A stretch of 64,000 nt of DNA from Octopus vulgaris. Its lineage: Eukaryota. The DNA is taken from assembly GCA_951406725.2 (NCBI GenBank), contig OX597815.1, forward strand, positions 158,658,001 to 158,722,000. The letters run 5' to 3'. Numbering within the stretch: position 1 is the stretch's first letter; each line of letters opens with the position of its first letter. The notes below the pieces were generated by a model. It made no database searches. It saw only the letters and a program-made list of their open reading frames with translations, and was not told the origin of the DNA. The translations under genes and the position numbers were made by a program. Below, one piece after another: positions 41,544 through 56,460 of the stretch.

Positions 41544-41609
<66 letters not shown>

Positions 41610-41678
41610 CACCACCACCACCACCACCACCACCACCACCACCACCACTACTACTACTACTACTACATATATAAGCAA

Positions 41679-41915
41679 AGGCGCATGTCGCAGTGGTTAA
41701 AACGTCGGGCTTACAAATGTGGGAGTGCGAGTTCGATTCTCAGACAGGACTGTGCATTGTGTTCTTGACCAAAGTACTTTATTTCATGTTGCTCCAATTT
41801 ACTCGACTGTACAAATGAGTTGCGACGTCACTAGTGCCAAGATGTATCGTATCGGCCTTTGCCTTTGTTTTGGATAAGATCGGTGGCATGGAGACAGGAG
41901 ATTGGTGAGCATGGG
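41679..41915 (+). mobile_element. tRNA-derived SINE family C, diverged
   Basis: Aligns by eye with 43311-43550. Confidence 0.8.
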
Positions 41916-42870
41916 CAAATTTCTCACCAGAGAGGCGTGCTTCAAATTGCACATTTACACGGAATGTTTCAATGTTAATAATGTCGTTGAAATATTCATC
42001 GACAAGCTAAGTAACGTTATTTAACGCAATATTACTTAACTTTTGAATTGTATTATGTTTGATTATTATTATTATTGTTGTTAAAATATAAATTTCTATA
42101 TACTTTCTTGGTAATTATTAGTTATGATATGAATATCTATTTATTTATTTTGTTTATTATTATTATTTTTATAATGTGACTTAACGTATTACATATAATT
42201 TAATTTGAGAAATAGATGTGTAAGTCAATATATTATTTAAAAGTTAGGTGGTCTAATTATTATGTAGTATTACATTTAAGTAAATAAGTTTAATATTAAT
42301 TGATATTTTGGTCAACTATATAATTGAGTAAAATATTAAATCTATAGATACTACATATATATTGATAATATAGTTAGTTTATATAATAGGTGGGTATATA
42401 TTTGAACCATTTCCTATATTTAATTCTAATATTTATATATTGTACAAGCATTATGTATATTACTTAATATTAATTCTTTTAATATAAATTACTAAATGAG
42501 TATAAGATTTTATTTAGATGTTTATTAAATAAATAAATCAATTAATAATTTAATTTAATGTATATAGACTAAATTATAGTATATAGTTTTCACTTAATGT
42601 ATATTTTGTATTATATATATATTTATTTGTTAGTTTTAAATATTTTAATTAATTGTATTTTATTTCCTAATAATAATGATATATTATAGTTTATTATTTT
42701 CTTATATATATTAAAATTTCATTTTTATAGATATAATAAATATTCATACCTTTTTATTCTATATTTTTCATTTAAACAAGAATATATTTGTTAAAATATT
42801 TCGTACTTTACAAGATTATATACGTATATTTATAGATTTATCTAATTAATTATTTTATTGTTTTTATCTT

Positions 42871-42954
42871 TAACCTGAAGAGTGACTATATTTATAATTG
42901 AAGTGATTTTACTATTATCATTTCTTAAATATAGCCACGAAACACGTGTAGTTA
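42871..42954 (+). ncRNA. Type I hammerhead ribozyme, intact core
   Basis: taac-CTGAAGA-gtgactatattta..taaatatagccac-GAAAC-acgt-GTA-gtta. Confidence 0.82.
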
Positions 42955-43144
42955 TTCTACCAAATATATACGTTTAATTTATTATTTTGCACATTACTTA
43001 ATCATTGGTATATGTTTTATCTTATATTTAATCTTTCTATATGATGTAATTTTTCTAAATGGTATAATTTAATTTTTTCATTATTGAATTGATAAAAGGT
43101 GGTTTTTTTCTAATTTATACACACACACACAGGCACACACACAG

Positions 43145-43648
<504 letters not shown>

Positions 43649-43666
43649 ATATATATATATATATGC

Positions 43667-44340
43667 CCAGTCTAATCAAAAACGGAATAGAATGTGCGAA
43701 AATGATAAACATCCAAGAGTTACGAAAAACAAGAAAACACCATGACACTTAAAACTTTATCTTACGTATCAACACACAATCTGAGGAACATAGAAGCATA
43801 CAACATCATCCACCAAAACATACCCCTCCTTATGAAGGACCTGCAAATGAAAAAGGCACTGGAAACACATAGGATTATCAAAAGCAAGAGACAACTGCAA
43901 TCCCTAAAAAAGTTACTCACCAGCGCCAATTTACTCACAAAAAATGCAACCCAATTAGTCAAAAAGTGAAACCGCCCTAACTGTAGAACTTGCATCTTCC
44001 TCTTAGAGGGCTCAACATACAAATTTAAGTCAGGTCAAACTTTTACCATAAAAAAATCACTTAATCCATGTTCTCAAATACGGAGGGTGTGGTGGAGACT
44101 ATAGAGGTCAAACTAGTTTGACCTTGAGGGACAGAATAACGGCGCACAGGCAACACATCCGAGACCCCACGACTAGGAAAATTCCCGTAAGCAAACACCT
44201 AGATCAATGCCCCGTAAACAGAAACCCGAAATACCAGTTCTCTATCAATGTACTGGAAACACTCCAAACCAATTCCGTTTAAATAAGGAAAGTATACACA
44301 TTAAAAAAATAATAAGCCACAGCTGAATATCCTTTAGAAA
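43667..44340 (+). pseudogene. Penelope-like element, linker plus GIY-YIG endonuclease remnant
   Basis: YVSTHN.RN, IIKSKRQ..SLKKLLTSA, RPNCRTC, GCGGDYRGQTSLTLRDRITAHRQHIRDP..RKIPVSKHLDQC; stops and frameshifts. Confidence 0.88.
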
Positions 44341-44625
44341 GAAGAAAAAGCACTAAAGAGAAAAAGGAAGACTCAATTTCTCCACAAAGAAAAGAAAACA
44401 CCCAGGAACAACAGACAATTTAAAAAACTTTAATAACAGTTTTTCACTCCAAATCACCATACAAACCCCAGCTGCCGACGTCCTCTAACTCTAGACCAAT
44501 TAAATTTTACAAACACTAGTTGCTACCGTCACCTACCTCTAAACCAAGGAAATTTTACCGCCGATCAAAACCGAACTTCAGCGAATACGACAAAATGACC
44601 CTTTAAGAAAATCAACCGATTGGAA

Positions 44626-44685
44626 CGGCTGATGACCGTTCCCTACAAGGAAGCCATCTAGGCAGAACGACAAACTTGGCCACCG
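44626..44685 (+). ncRNA. Degenerate hammerhead downstream of the Penelope ORF
   Basis: cgg-CTGATGA-c-cgttc...gaacg-acaaac; GAAA is damaged. Confidence 0.4.
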
Positions 44686-45260
44686 GAAAAACAAGACGTC
44701 ACCAGTACTTTAACGAATCAAAAATCAGATCCGCTCGCGGAAAAAATTATAAATATACCGGTTTCCAAAACACACCGTTACAAGTAAAAGTTCCTCCACA
44801 CGAGAATCAGAGAAATTGTAAACCAAATCTCTTTTTACTATCTTCATTTCTCCCTTTTTAATTCTCCCCCTTAACTCAGTATGACTGAATCTTTCTTGTC
44901 GATCACTACTAACACTAATGAACTTTGTACATTTAAACAAGTTGATACACAGTTTTTATAATATTGACTATTATGAACATTTAAACTTGTCAACATTGAA
45001 ATTTTTAAACATGTTTTTCTAACTCATAATTATAAATTCTTACCATTGATAAACAAAAAAATATTGTTGCAACTAGTTTGGTGTATATGTAAATAAATTT
45101 ATTTTAAACAATTAAAAGTTTTTCAAATTTAGGTGCATTTTCAACAACAAATTTGCCTATATATATACACACACACACACAAATTCATATGTGTGTATAT
45201 GTATGTATGAAGGAGTGTGTGTATGCATGCATGTATATCTATCTATCTATCTATCTATCC

Positions 45261-45314
<54 letters not shown>

Positions 45315-46034
45315 ATATCTATCTATCTATCTCCATATATATATATATATATATACATACATACATATCAGTATATTAGTACCTAAAATAAATTGAGATA
45401 CCAGAAATTCATCCTATTTTGCAATAGTTCCTTTAATAAAATGCTGCCATTCTTCACGATGGAATATTCATCTGATTCGTCACTCAGAATGTAGTCAGAA
45501 TATACATACATTCATGTGCGTGTTTGTGTTTGTGTTTGTGTATGTTTGTGTGTGTGTGTGTGTTTGTGTGTGCACAGAACGCAGTGACTCAAATCTATTA
45601 CTTCTCGTTGACTGCAATATGTATTGCCATAGCCTTACTCAACAAGTTTAATAAGCAGTTTGGCGAAACTTTCAGTCCAGGGATTCTCGATATTTATAAC
45701 ACATACACACACGATACCGCGTAGTCGTTATTGTTATAACAGAATGTGCATTCGTGCTGAAGCTACAACTTCTGTGTAAGTCAGTCTACATTACAAACTT
45801 TAGACTAATTCTATACCTAATAATACGACTTCGGTGTGACTTAATCTCTGTCTCTGGGTGTGTATTATAAAATTTGAAAACAAACTGCGACCACGTTATA
45901 TCATATTACAACAAGAACAGGCTTATTTACCAAAGAAAAAATTATGTAAATGTATGTGTGTGTGTCTACATGTATATTTGTGTATGTATGTATGTATGTA
46001 TGTATGTATGTATTTATGTATGTATCTATCTATG

Positions 46035-46151
<117 letters not shown>

Positions 46152-46185
46152 ATATATGTGTGTGTACACGCTGCATATGGATATG

Positions 46186-46227
<42 letters not shown>

Positions 46228-46295
46228 CACATATATACACATATATCTATCTATTTCTTTCTAACTCACTCTCTCTCTATATTTACATGTATATC

Positions 46296-46365
<70 letters not shown>

Positions 46366-46664
46366 TGGTTATAATAAATGGAAAAGAAAAGAGCTGTTTG
46401 TGATAATCGAGGCTTTGTTATAGTAATAACCTGACACGTGACCTTCGACATTTTATTCGTGATTCAGAATTTGACGTCAGACAGATTAAATCAACAACAA
46501 ATATTTAAGAAACCAAAGATGAACATAGGAATTGCAGTTCGGTCTTGACAATAGTTATTGTACTATGGAAACGTAAACACTTCAGAAAATCATAGTATAA
46601 CTTTAGTTGAAGAATTAAAGAAAGAGAGATAAGATATGAACATATACATGAAGAAGCGTGACAC

Positions 46665-49399
46665 TGTAGTGATACTATAACGGTGCGCGCTCGCGCACCG
46701 TCCATTTTCTATTTCGCGCGTGTTGGTGCCTTCACCAAGGCACAGAAAGGAAGGGCCCTCTCGCGCATGCGCGAACCACCGGAAGCACGACCCTGGCCAA
46801 GGCAGGGGGATCGTAGAACGTTTGACGACTAGCAGCAGCAAGCGGCGACTTGGGACAGCAGCGACCTAAGGAGCAGGACGTTAATATTTTCTCTCCGTTC
46901 GAACTGATTCTAGCAGTCCTTACCAAAAGGCCTTTAACCTGGATTGTTGCAGACATCATCTTCTTCCTCTGGACGCCATTTTGACCCGTTCTGTTTTTGG
47001 CGCTGAATATTGTAAATATTACAATCGATTAACTTTCAGCCTTGCGCGCCCAGAACCAAGGACATCAGATAACACACTTATTGTTATTGTTACCAAGAAA
47101 GAGAATAAAGTAGTATATATATATTTTACGTCTGCGTCTTGTTGTTTCTGACGGGCAGAGATTCTGGATTATTAAAGCAACGGCTAGTGAGTGATTGCTT
47201 TCTTGTACCCCGAAAGTACAAGACAAGATATTCACCCATCAATTAAGTTCGTTACAAGTGGTGACCCCCCCCCCCGACGTGATTCTGGTCTAAAACCAGA
47301 GATCACTTATCAACAAATCCAGTTTTTCTGCGAAGTCGGAACACGATTTAACTCTACGCATTCATCTTTCGACGATTTGTTTCCGGCCACTACAAACAGT
47401 TGTAGAAGGAACCTCTTTCTTCTTCTACAGCCATGATGACGGACGCCATCATATATTCGATGCCTTTTCTCCACCTTCGTCATCATCATCGTCGTCTTTC
47501 TACTTCACGTCGTCGCTATCTTCGTCGCCATCATCACTGAGAACGATGTTGTCCCAAGTCCACTACAGTCGCCTTCCTCCACCACCGTCGCCTTTCAACA
47601 TCGTCGACCTCCACAAGATGTACATAGCAACTCGCGGAACTTTAGCGTGCACGCTGTATTGTGCATATGCACACCAAGGATTCACAGCCCAGCACTTTCT
47701 ACGAGATTTCTTCTGTTCCAGTTAACCTGTCACAGCATCGAAGCCACAACCGTTACACGATATGTGTTCAACCGGCATCTGCATTTTGTGATTTCAACAT
47801 TTCTGTTACAGAACGAACTGCTATTGTGCTTCAGGCTATTATAGACTGGTAAATTAATTCTTGTCTGAAATAGCACTTGAGAGACATTTTTTCTATGCGC
47901 TGTTTTTATATTTTGCTCGCATTCACCTTGTATGTATTTCTGTCGCACACACGTACACACACATAAATGCTCTCTCTCACATACATACGTCACACATGCT
48001 TTTCTCGCTTGTTTTGTTCCATGCTAAATTTGCCTTTTGTGGACACCCCTCATTTCTATAGACCCTAGCGGTCACGTATACATAGAGAGGGTTGTTTGTC
48101 CATTATAACGCGCCAGCATGTCATACTTTTGTTCCTATACGAACGAAGCATATAATCGCTCAACCACTGGCATATTCATTGCTGTTTTTCGGTCTGGCAA
48201 GCTCTATTGCATTTCATGCGCCTCTTGCTTCGCACGTGTACTTGCCTTGTTTTTTGCAACACGTTTGCAGTAGCTTAGTTTTTTCCCGACTCATAGGACG
48301 TCGGATGTTCACATGCGCTGCGCCATGTTTAGGCGTAATTATTTTTCCCTGTTAGACCACTGTTGGTCACGTAATTAACAGAAAATTATCTGTGTCGCGC
48401 ATCACACCAGCATGTTTGCACTTTTGCCTTTTGTGTTACTAGCGAGCTTCTGCCAATTCCATTTCCTCTCCTGCAGCAATTGATTTAACTGCTATTTCGC
48501 AAGATCAACTACCTTTAGAGAAGTTGGATTTTAATTTCGCCTAGGTTCAATAACTGTGAGTTCTGCCTTTCTTCCGCTCCCTTCAGCGGAAGGTTCTATA
48601 CTTTGTGACGTATACACTTTCATGCATGCACTCTTGATTTTTGCTCATTGAGTTTTTTTCTCTTTTTCCTTTAGTAAATTTCTTGTGTATGTTATAAATT
48701 TTGCCATTATATTATTGTGTGCTATTTGGTTATCTGGTGTCCACCTTGAGTTTTGCAGTCACTACAATAAGTTTCCTTTCGTGCGTACGCACTGGAGGGG
48801 AGCCTTGTAGTGATACTATAACGGTGCGCGCTCGCGCACCGTCCATTTTCTATTTCGCGCGTGTTGGTGCCTTCACCAAGGCACAGAAAGGAAGGGCCCT
48901 CTCGCGCATGCGCGAACCACCGGAAGCACGACCCTGGCCAAGGCAGGGGGATCGTAGAACGTTTGACGACTAGCAGCAGCAAGCGGCGACTTGGGACAGC
49001 AGCGACCTAAGGAGCAGGACGTTAATATTTTCTCTCCGTTCGAACTGATTCTAGCAGTCCTTACCAAAAGGCCTTTAACCTGGATTGTTGCAGACATCAT
49101 CTTCTTCCTCTGGACGCCATTTTGACCCGTTCTGTTTTTGGCGCTGAATATTGTAAATATTACAATCGATTAACTTTCAGCCTTGCGCGCCCAGAACCAA
49201 GGACATCAGATAACACACTTATTGTTATTGTTACCAAGAAAGAGAATAAAGTAGTATATATATATTTTACGTCTGCGTCTTGTTGTTTCTGACGGGCAGA
49301 GATTCTGGATTATTAAAGCAACGGCTAGTGAGAGTGATTGCTTTCTTGTACCCCGAAAGTACAAGACAAGATATTCACACTCACGCTAAGTTCGTTACA
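46665..49399 (+). mobile_element. Non-autonomous Gypsy-type (CsRn1-like) LTR retrotransposon
   Basis: LTRs 46665-47256 and 48806-49399 (TGT...ACA, nearly identical); TSD ACAC; PBS tggtga(c)ngacgtgatt complementary to tRNA-Trp at 47259-47284; PPT ggaggggag 48794-48802; no long internal ORF. Confidence 0.95.
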
Positions 49400-49520
49400 A
49401 CACCTATGTTATATAAAAGTTATCTATAGTCTCTTTTTAGAACGACCGATATGTATACGTAAATATACTTATTTAATATGTGTGTGTGTATGTGTGTGCA
49501 TTCTTTTATTCTCTTGTGTA

Positions 49521-49584
<64 letters not shown>

Positions 49585-50448
49585 TAGGATGCGATGAGTA
49601 AATTGTTGCCATTTTATATTCTTAATTTTGCGCATGGGCATTGTTTGTTTTTGATTATGTCAACTACACAGTATAGTAGAGTCAGTCGGGCACCGTCTGT
49701 GAGAAAAACAGCGCTATGATGCAATTCACTCTGCCAGAAATTAGGAAACGACATGCTGTACTGCTTGGGATTCGCAGCAAATACGAGCGTTTCAGTGTTT
49801 GGGTGTCAGTTTGAGGACTATGCAATCTGAGGACATACATGTGATAAAAATCAAACATCCAGTCAACATCATGGTGTTTGGAATGATCACTAGTGATGGC
49901 AATTCTATGCTTCCAATCACCTTACACAGCCTCAGTTGCCACACGGAGGCCTACATCAAGTGTCTCGGGGAGGTAGTGCTGCCCTGGGTCAAGAAGGTGG
50001 CTGCTGGAAGACCCTGTATCTGCCAACAGTGTCTGGCACCATGCCACATAAGCAGGAGAACCCAGTCATGGCTATCAGACAATTTCTGCGACCACATCAC
50101 CCCTAACATCTGGCCACCTAACTCATCAGACTGCAATCCACTTGATTATTATGTGTGGGGCGCAGTTGAGCGCAGTGTGGGGCGCAGTTGAGACCAACAA
50201 AACTCCTTGTAACGTCAAAGATGAACTGAAGGTAAGAATTATGGTATCATTCACCATCTTAACAAAGGAGACCCTCCAGAAGAGTTGCCGGAGATTCCGA
50301 AGTCGTCCTGCAGCCGTGGTTGAAGCCAATGGCGATTTTATTGAATAAATTTCCTTTTTAGTATTTCAAAATATATCTGTTAAAGCGATTTGTCAGTGTT
50401 ATTTTCATTTTTGCATAATTTAGACGACTCTTCATTCACCGCACCCTA
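49585..50448 (+). mobile_element. Tc1/mariner element with deleted DDD/E transposase
   Basis: KHPVNIMVFGMITSDG, QQCLAPCH.S, WPPNSSDCNPLDYYVWG; imperfect TIRs taggatgcgatgagtaaa / ttcattcaccgcacccta. Confidence 0.88.
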
Positions 50449-50458
50449 TATATTTATA

Positions 50459-50542
<84 letters not shown>

Positions 50543-50659
50543 TACATATGTATATGTATGTACATGTATGTATGCTTGTGTGTATATGTATATATATGGA
50601 TAGATAGAGGCGTGTGTGTGTGTGTGTGCGTGCGTGTATTTTTACGCAAATAGCAGATA

Positions 50660-52400
50660 GAAGTGGACTTATAAATTGAAGCAATATCCTCAATCAGTAT
50701 TCCTGCGGATATAATAAACAGAATGTATACATGAGAACCTCAAATGGAGAGTCTTTGATATATCAATGTTACTTCAATGGCATGTTTCTGGAGAATGCGA
50801 ATCAATCTACACTGGCACTGCGAAAGCATTATTGGTTATAGATTTCTTGAATGGAGGCAGTTCTACCTTCCATACCTTCCGAAGTTTGTCTCTCTAGCTT
50901 TGGTCACAGCAACAAAGTATGCAAGTGTCTCGTTAATTCCAAGATATTTATAATATTCATTACTGATGATAGGGGAGATAGACAAATCATTGATATCCGT
51001 ACTCTTTGCCTAGTAAACAATCTTTTCTCGTTTGGTTACCAAATATGAACACTAAATCTCATTGCTATGCCCCGTAAGTTTTAGCTGCATCTGGAATATT
51101 ACACGAGTACAGCTTATGGCCTTAAAAAAATTCTGGGGGAAATTTATCTTACTTTCATGTGTACCTTTTGTATTTCATGTAGATTTTGCTTTTCTTCAAC
51201 AGAATGGGTTCACTGCTTGAACAAAAAGCATTACAGATAAGCTGTCACCATGAAACATATTCCCGTTGATGGCCTAATTCTGTTAGTGACTATAATGGTA
51301 ACTTCAGTACTTAATGATAGTTTCATGACTGTTGTGAGCCTCCCAATAGCATTCACAACTGCAGTCAGAACTTTAGCAGGCGTTATGACTATAATCCATG
51401 AGTGCAGAACAAAGTCAAACACTTCCTTATAGTCTAGCTGTACAGCCAAACAGGTTCCTTAAGAACAGCTTTGTTGATGAGTTGTTCAGCACAGCATCAC
51501 ACTCCTTTTTCTCCTTCTGCCTTAGTCTTCAGTTATTATGGCAGAATCGTTAGCACTTAGGACGAAATGCTTAACGGTATTTCGCCCGTTGCTACGTTCT
51601 GAGTTCAAATTTCTCCGAGGTCGACTTTTCCTTTCATCCTTTCGGGGTCGATACATTAAGTACCAGTGAAACAGTGGGGTCGATGTAATCGACTAGATCC
51701 CTCGCCCCCAAATTTCAGGCCTTGTGCCTATAGTAGAAAGGATTGTGTCTTTCACAGTGATCCTGAGTAAAAACATTCCGTGCTTAATTTACACATCAGA
51801 TGCATGAACGCTACGGGCATGAAGCTTTTAGTCACATGTCTTGCCTGGTTTTTTATCTACAAGTGCTGTACGAGCAATTACCTACCATTACTTATCACAG
51901 AGTTCGTTGCTTTTTTTTTAACAGATTAAGGAGGGCTGCTGTGTAAAATGTAAGCATTCTATCCCAATAACCGACTCTCAGGTCTCTCCTGTATGATTTC
52001 ACGCTCAGCAGTTTTGCAACAAACGTTAGGAAAGTTTCACTGACGATATAAATTTGTGGGGAGACGTTTGTACTGCTCTCACTTGGTAGTCCCTCTAACC
52101 ACATTGCATCGCGGTTGTGTTGTTTGCTCGTCTCGGTCATAGCCGTTATTGTCTATGATCTTCGCAGGAGAATAATTCACTGCTCTGGTACATTTCTTAA
52201 TTGCTGTGCAATTCTGATGGTTTGTGGGGATAACAAAATTTTTTTTATCAACGTAGGTTGCCTGTGATTGTAGTTTTTTTGTCACTGAAGTTCGAGTAGT
52301 TGGGTTTTAAGTTGGAGTAGTTGGGATAGAGCTCAATCTTTCACCATCTATTGCCTGCAACCTATCGAGGGATCTTCCATAGCCTTTTTATAGAATTGAT
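50660..52400 (-). pseudogene. R4/Dong-like LINE remnant, interrupted by SINE B at 51535-51745
   Basis: CAEQL-INKAVLKE and AVQLDYKEVFDFVLHSWI (cf. W.DYKKAFDSVPHSWI); N-terminal GYWDRM motif. Confidence 0.7.
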
Positions 52401-52752
52401 ACAATCTTGGATCAGTTCACAGGTGCGCTGAAATTTTTCTCGCTAGTCCCGTAACCTACGATAGGTGACCATAGTGACCAATCTAGCCATGGTATACATA
52501 ATGGGGTTATTTTACATTTTCCAAATAATATAATCAATTCTTTGTATCAGGCTTGTATCAATGGCATGAATACTATCTAGGGGACAATATTCATTACAGA
52601 AAGATTAACAGTCCCCTTATACCAATGTGACTGGCTTGGGCGTCATGTGTACGCAATTATGTATGCATGTATATCCTAGATATAACTTTAAACTGTATCT
52701 AGCAATGGTAGTTCCAGAATTTTGAGGAATATATATACATATATACATATAC

Positions 52753-52865
<113 letters not shown>

Positions 52866-52877
52866 CACATACACATT

Positions 52878-52933
<56 letters not shown>

Positions 52934-54094
52934 AATAATATGAAGAAATATATTAAAAGTGGTAGCAAAACAGTTTCAGTATTGGTGATATTGAAATGTT
53001 GTAGGTGGGAGTGGCGTTGGCGGTGATAGTAGTGGTGGTGGTGATGGTGGTAGCGATGGTAGTGGCGGCGACGGCGACAGCAACGGTGGTGGTATCATTG
53101 TCAATGGCGGCAATGGTGGCCGTTGTAATGATTATTTTGGTGACGTAACTTCTCAAATCAGTGCGCTGTCTCGGTATATCACTTCCTTCATATTTACATT
53201 TACATTGGTATCTAGCTACACCTCATTAACAACGACCGGTCTAGTGTGCACAGCAAAATCAAAACCTCTAAAGCAAATTTAGCATAGAAAGTAGCTCTTT
53301 CGATTCACTTATCGCAGCTTAAATAGAACCGTATAATTCTTACGTAACTATAGATATTTGTTAACACAAATTCACAGCTGGATATATGAAACAACTGTTG
53401 CAGTTTAATTAAGAAAGCTGCGTGAAATAGAAAGGGGTTCATATAAACGCATTACATAATATTGATTTCTGAAATAAGGGAAAGTGAAAAATACGTATAT
53501 GTCAAGGGAAAAAGCTTCAATTTCAATGGGAATAAGGAGACAATTAAGTCGACCCCAATTACTCAACTAGTACATATTTTATTGAACACAAAAGGATGAA
53601 AGGCAAACTAGATCGTGGAAGAAGTTGGTGCACTAAGGGATATAATTAAATACTATAAGGCATTTCTCCCCTTGTGATCTGCTTATTTCGCCATCCACGA
53701 ATCATTATAATATTCATTTATAGATGTGATCACTAACTGAGAATCAAATTTGGAAAGATATTGGATTAGTATCACTATATTATGCAGCGTTAAACTGATT
53801 AGTTTCTGTCTAATCAATCCTAATTATAGCTAGGACTTACTGCACTTCTCAGAAAAAAAAAGCCCAATAAGGAACATTCCGTTATTTGTTTTATTCTAGC
53901 GTTTCTTTCTCATGGTGTTCCTTTATTACTGCCAAATTTAACATACAGTTGCATTTTGAAACAGATTTCTGTATCATGCAACGAAACAAATAATGCAAGG
54001 TGCTTTTTCTTTGCAATCACGGGTAACATCAGGCTAGCGCTCCATAAAAATATAATGTAACTCTTATGTTCATATTAGGGCTACATAAAATATA

Positions 54095-54327
54095 TATTTC
54101 TTTATTGCCCACAAGGGGCTAAACATAGAGGGGACAAACAAGGACAGACAAAGGGATTAAGTCGATTACATCGACCCCAGTGCGTAACTGGTACTTAATT
54201 TATCGACCCCGAAAGGATGAAAGGCAAAGTCGACCTCGGCGGAATTTGAACTAAGAACGTAACAGTAGACGAAATACCGCTAAGCATTTCGCCTGGCGCG
54301 CTAACGTGTCTGCCAGCTCGCCGCCTT
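54095..54327 (-). mobile_element. SINE family B, full length with TSD
   Basis: Flanked by ggctacataaaa(a)tata direct repeats (54079-54094, 54331-54347); an older copy follows at 54350-54665. Confidence 0.92.
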
Positions 54328-55290
54328 TAAGGCTACATAAAAATATAAATATTTCTACTATAGGTAAAAGGACTGAAACTTGGGAGTGAATGGGCAAGTC
54401 TATTACGTACTTATTTTGACGACATCGAAAGGATGAAAGGCAAAGTCGACCTCAGCAATGATTTGCGCTCAGGACGTAAAGCGGGAAGGTAATTCTTTCG
54501 GTATGTGATACAGAAGTGGAGCGCTAGCAATGCAGGACCGTGTAGTGTGGAAGGGGATTGCCAATGGAGTTCTGAACAACCTATAGAAGGATGATAATGA
54601 TGAAAGCAGGAAGAAATGCCTCAAGATTTTTGTCCGATGTACAGACGCTTCTACACGTCAGCTTCTTACAATATTTGTTACATCATATAAATGCATAGAT
54701 TTTTCTTGTAAGTTTATTTTTAAAGCTAAAAACAATAATTATATCTTGTACATATAACTTCTAATCTCTAAGTTCACCTTTTAATCCCAAATATAACACA
54801 GCTCTAAGATTTGCAATGGTGGCTACACTTCCGGTCACGTTTCTGAAAGATTTGCATCGCTTATTCTTTCAGCTGAAATTCTCCGCAGCACAACTTCTCA
54901 TCAAAATAGCCCCAAACGAACTAAACAAAGATAACTTCTCTGGTATAGCAATCACAGCTAAACCATACAATCACTACACCAAAATGTATGTATATATATA
55001 TATATGTATGTACGTACGTATGTATGTGTGTATAAATACATATATTTATAAACATATATATATACAGACACATACATATATTTATATAGATATATACATG
55101 TATATATGTATATATATATATATACATATATATACACACATGTATGTATATATATATATATAAGTATGTATATGCATATATGAACGTACATATAAATGTA
55201 TGTGTATATACGCATATATATGTATATATTAAAGTACATAAGTTGCACAATAAACCGTTTTATTTATTTATCTACTTATTTATCTATTTG

Positions 55291-55364
<74 letters not shown>

Positions 55365-56051
55365 TTTATTTGTTCATTTATATCTTGCATGAATGTTAGA
55401 AATAGTGGTTTCAATTACAACTTGGTGTATTTTAAGCAATAATAATAATAATAATAATAAATAAATAAATAAAAACAACATAGACTTAACCCCTTCATCC
55501 GTCTAGGTTTCGTATCTGAAACGAATGTAAGATAGCTAAGTGATTACGTGCGACTAAAAGAAACATAATTCAAACAACGGTGCGTAGGTTATCTCAATGC
55601 TGACATCATATAATTACAAAGAGATTATTTACAATGAATAATGCATTCTTCTATAGTCTTTCAATTTATCATTGTGAACTGGACACCCATGATTTCCAGA
55701 CATCATAGAGTGATTGTTCATGTTCAATTTGTGAACGTGGTGTAATAAGAATTTCAATTTGAGCAAGATGAGTTCACGGTTATGCTTCGATTCGAATTTA
55801 TTTCTTTATACTTTACTTGTTATCGTCGTTAAACTGCGGTCATGCTGGGCACCGCCCTGACGTGTTTTTGTCGAAGGGATCGTCTAAGATACTTATTTCA
55901 TTTGTTTTGAAGTCGTTTTTTTTTTTAGTCGATCTTTTTTAAGCCGGGCTCTTTTGCCGAACGATATGCTAGGGACGTCAACAAACCAACACACATAGTC
56001 GAGCGGTGGTGGTCGTGGTGTGGAGGAAAAACACAAGCACATATGGATATA

Positions 56052-56099
<48 letters not shown>

Positions 56100-56333
56100 T
56101 CGTTTCTCTTTATTTTGCGTTGTTCGAAAAATGTTCGTTTCTGTGTTTTTGTTATGTTTTCCTTTCTCATTGTGTTCAACATTTTTTTAATGTCCTGTAT
56201 CCATATATGCATGTATATATATATGTATATGTAGGTATGTACATATATTTATGTATATATGTCTATATTTATATATTATTTATATTATTATACGATCGAA
56301 CGCCACGTATACTTTTCCAAGTAAGTTTATCTA

Positions 56334-56405
<72 letters not shown>

Positions 56406-56407
56406 CA

Positions 56408-56460
<53 letters not shown>

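Noticed and set aside
47147-47225. Hammerhead in the LTR (ctgacgg...ccccgaaagtac)
   Set aside because: The core is not CUGANGA and no consistent stems I-III form
46590-49100. Duplicated small ORFs (83/86 aa, 75 aa)
   Set aside because: They are chance ORFs within the two LTR copies
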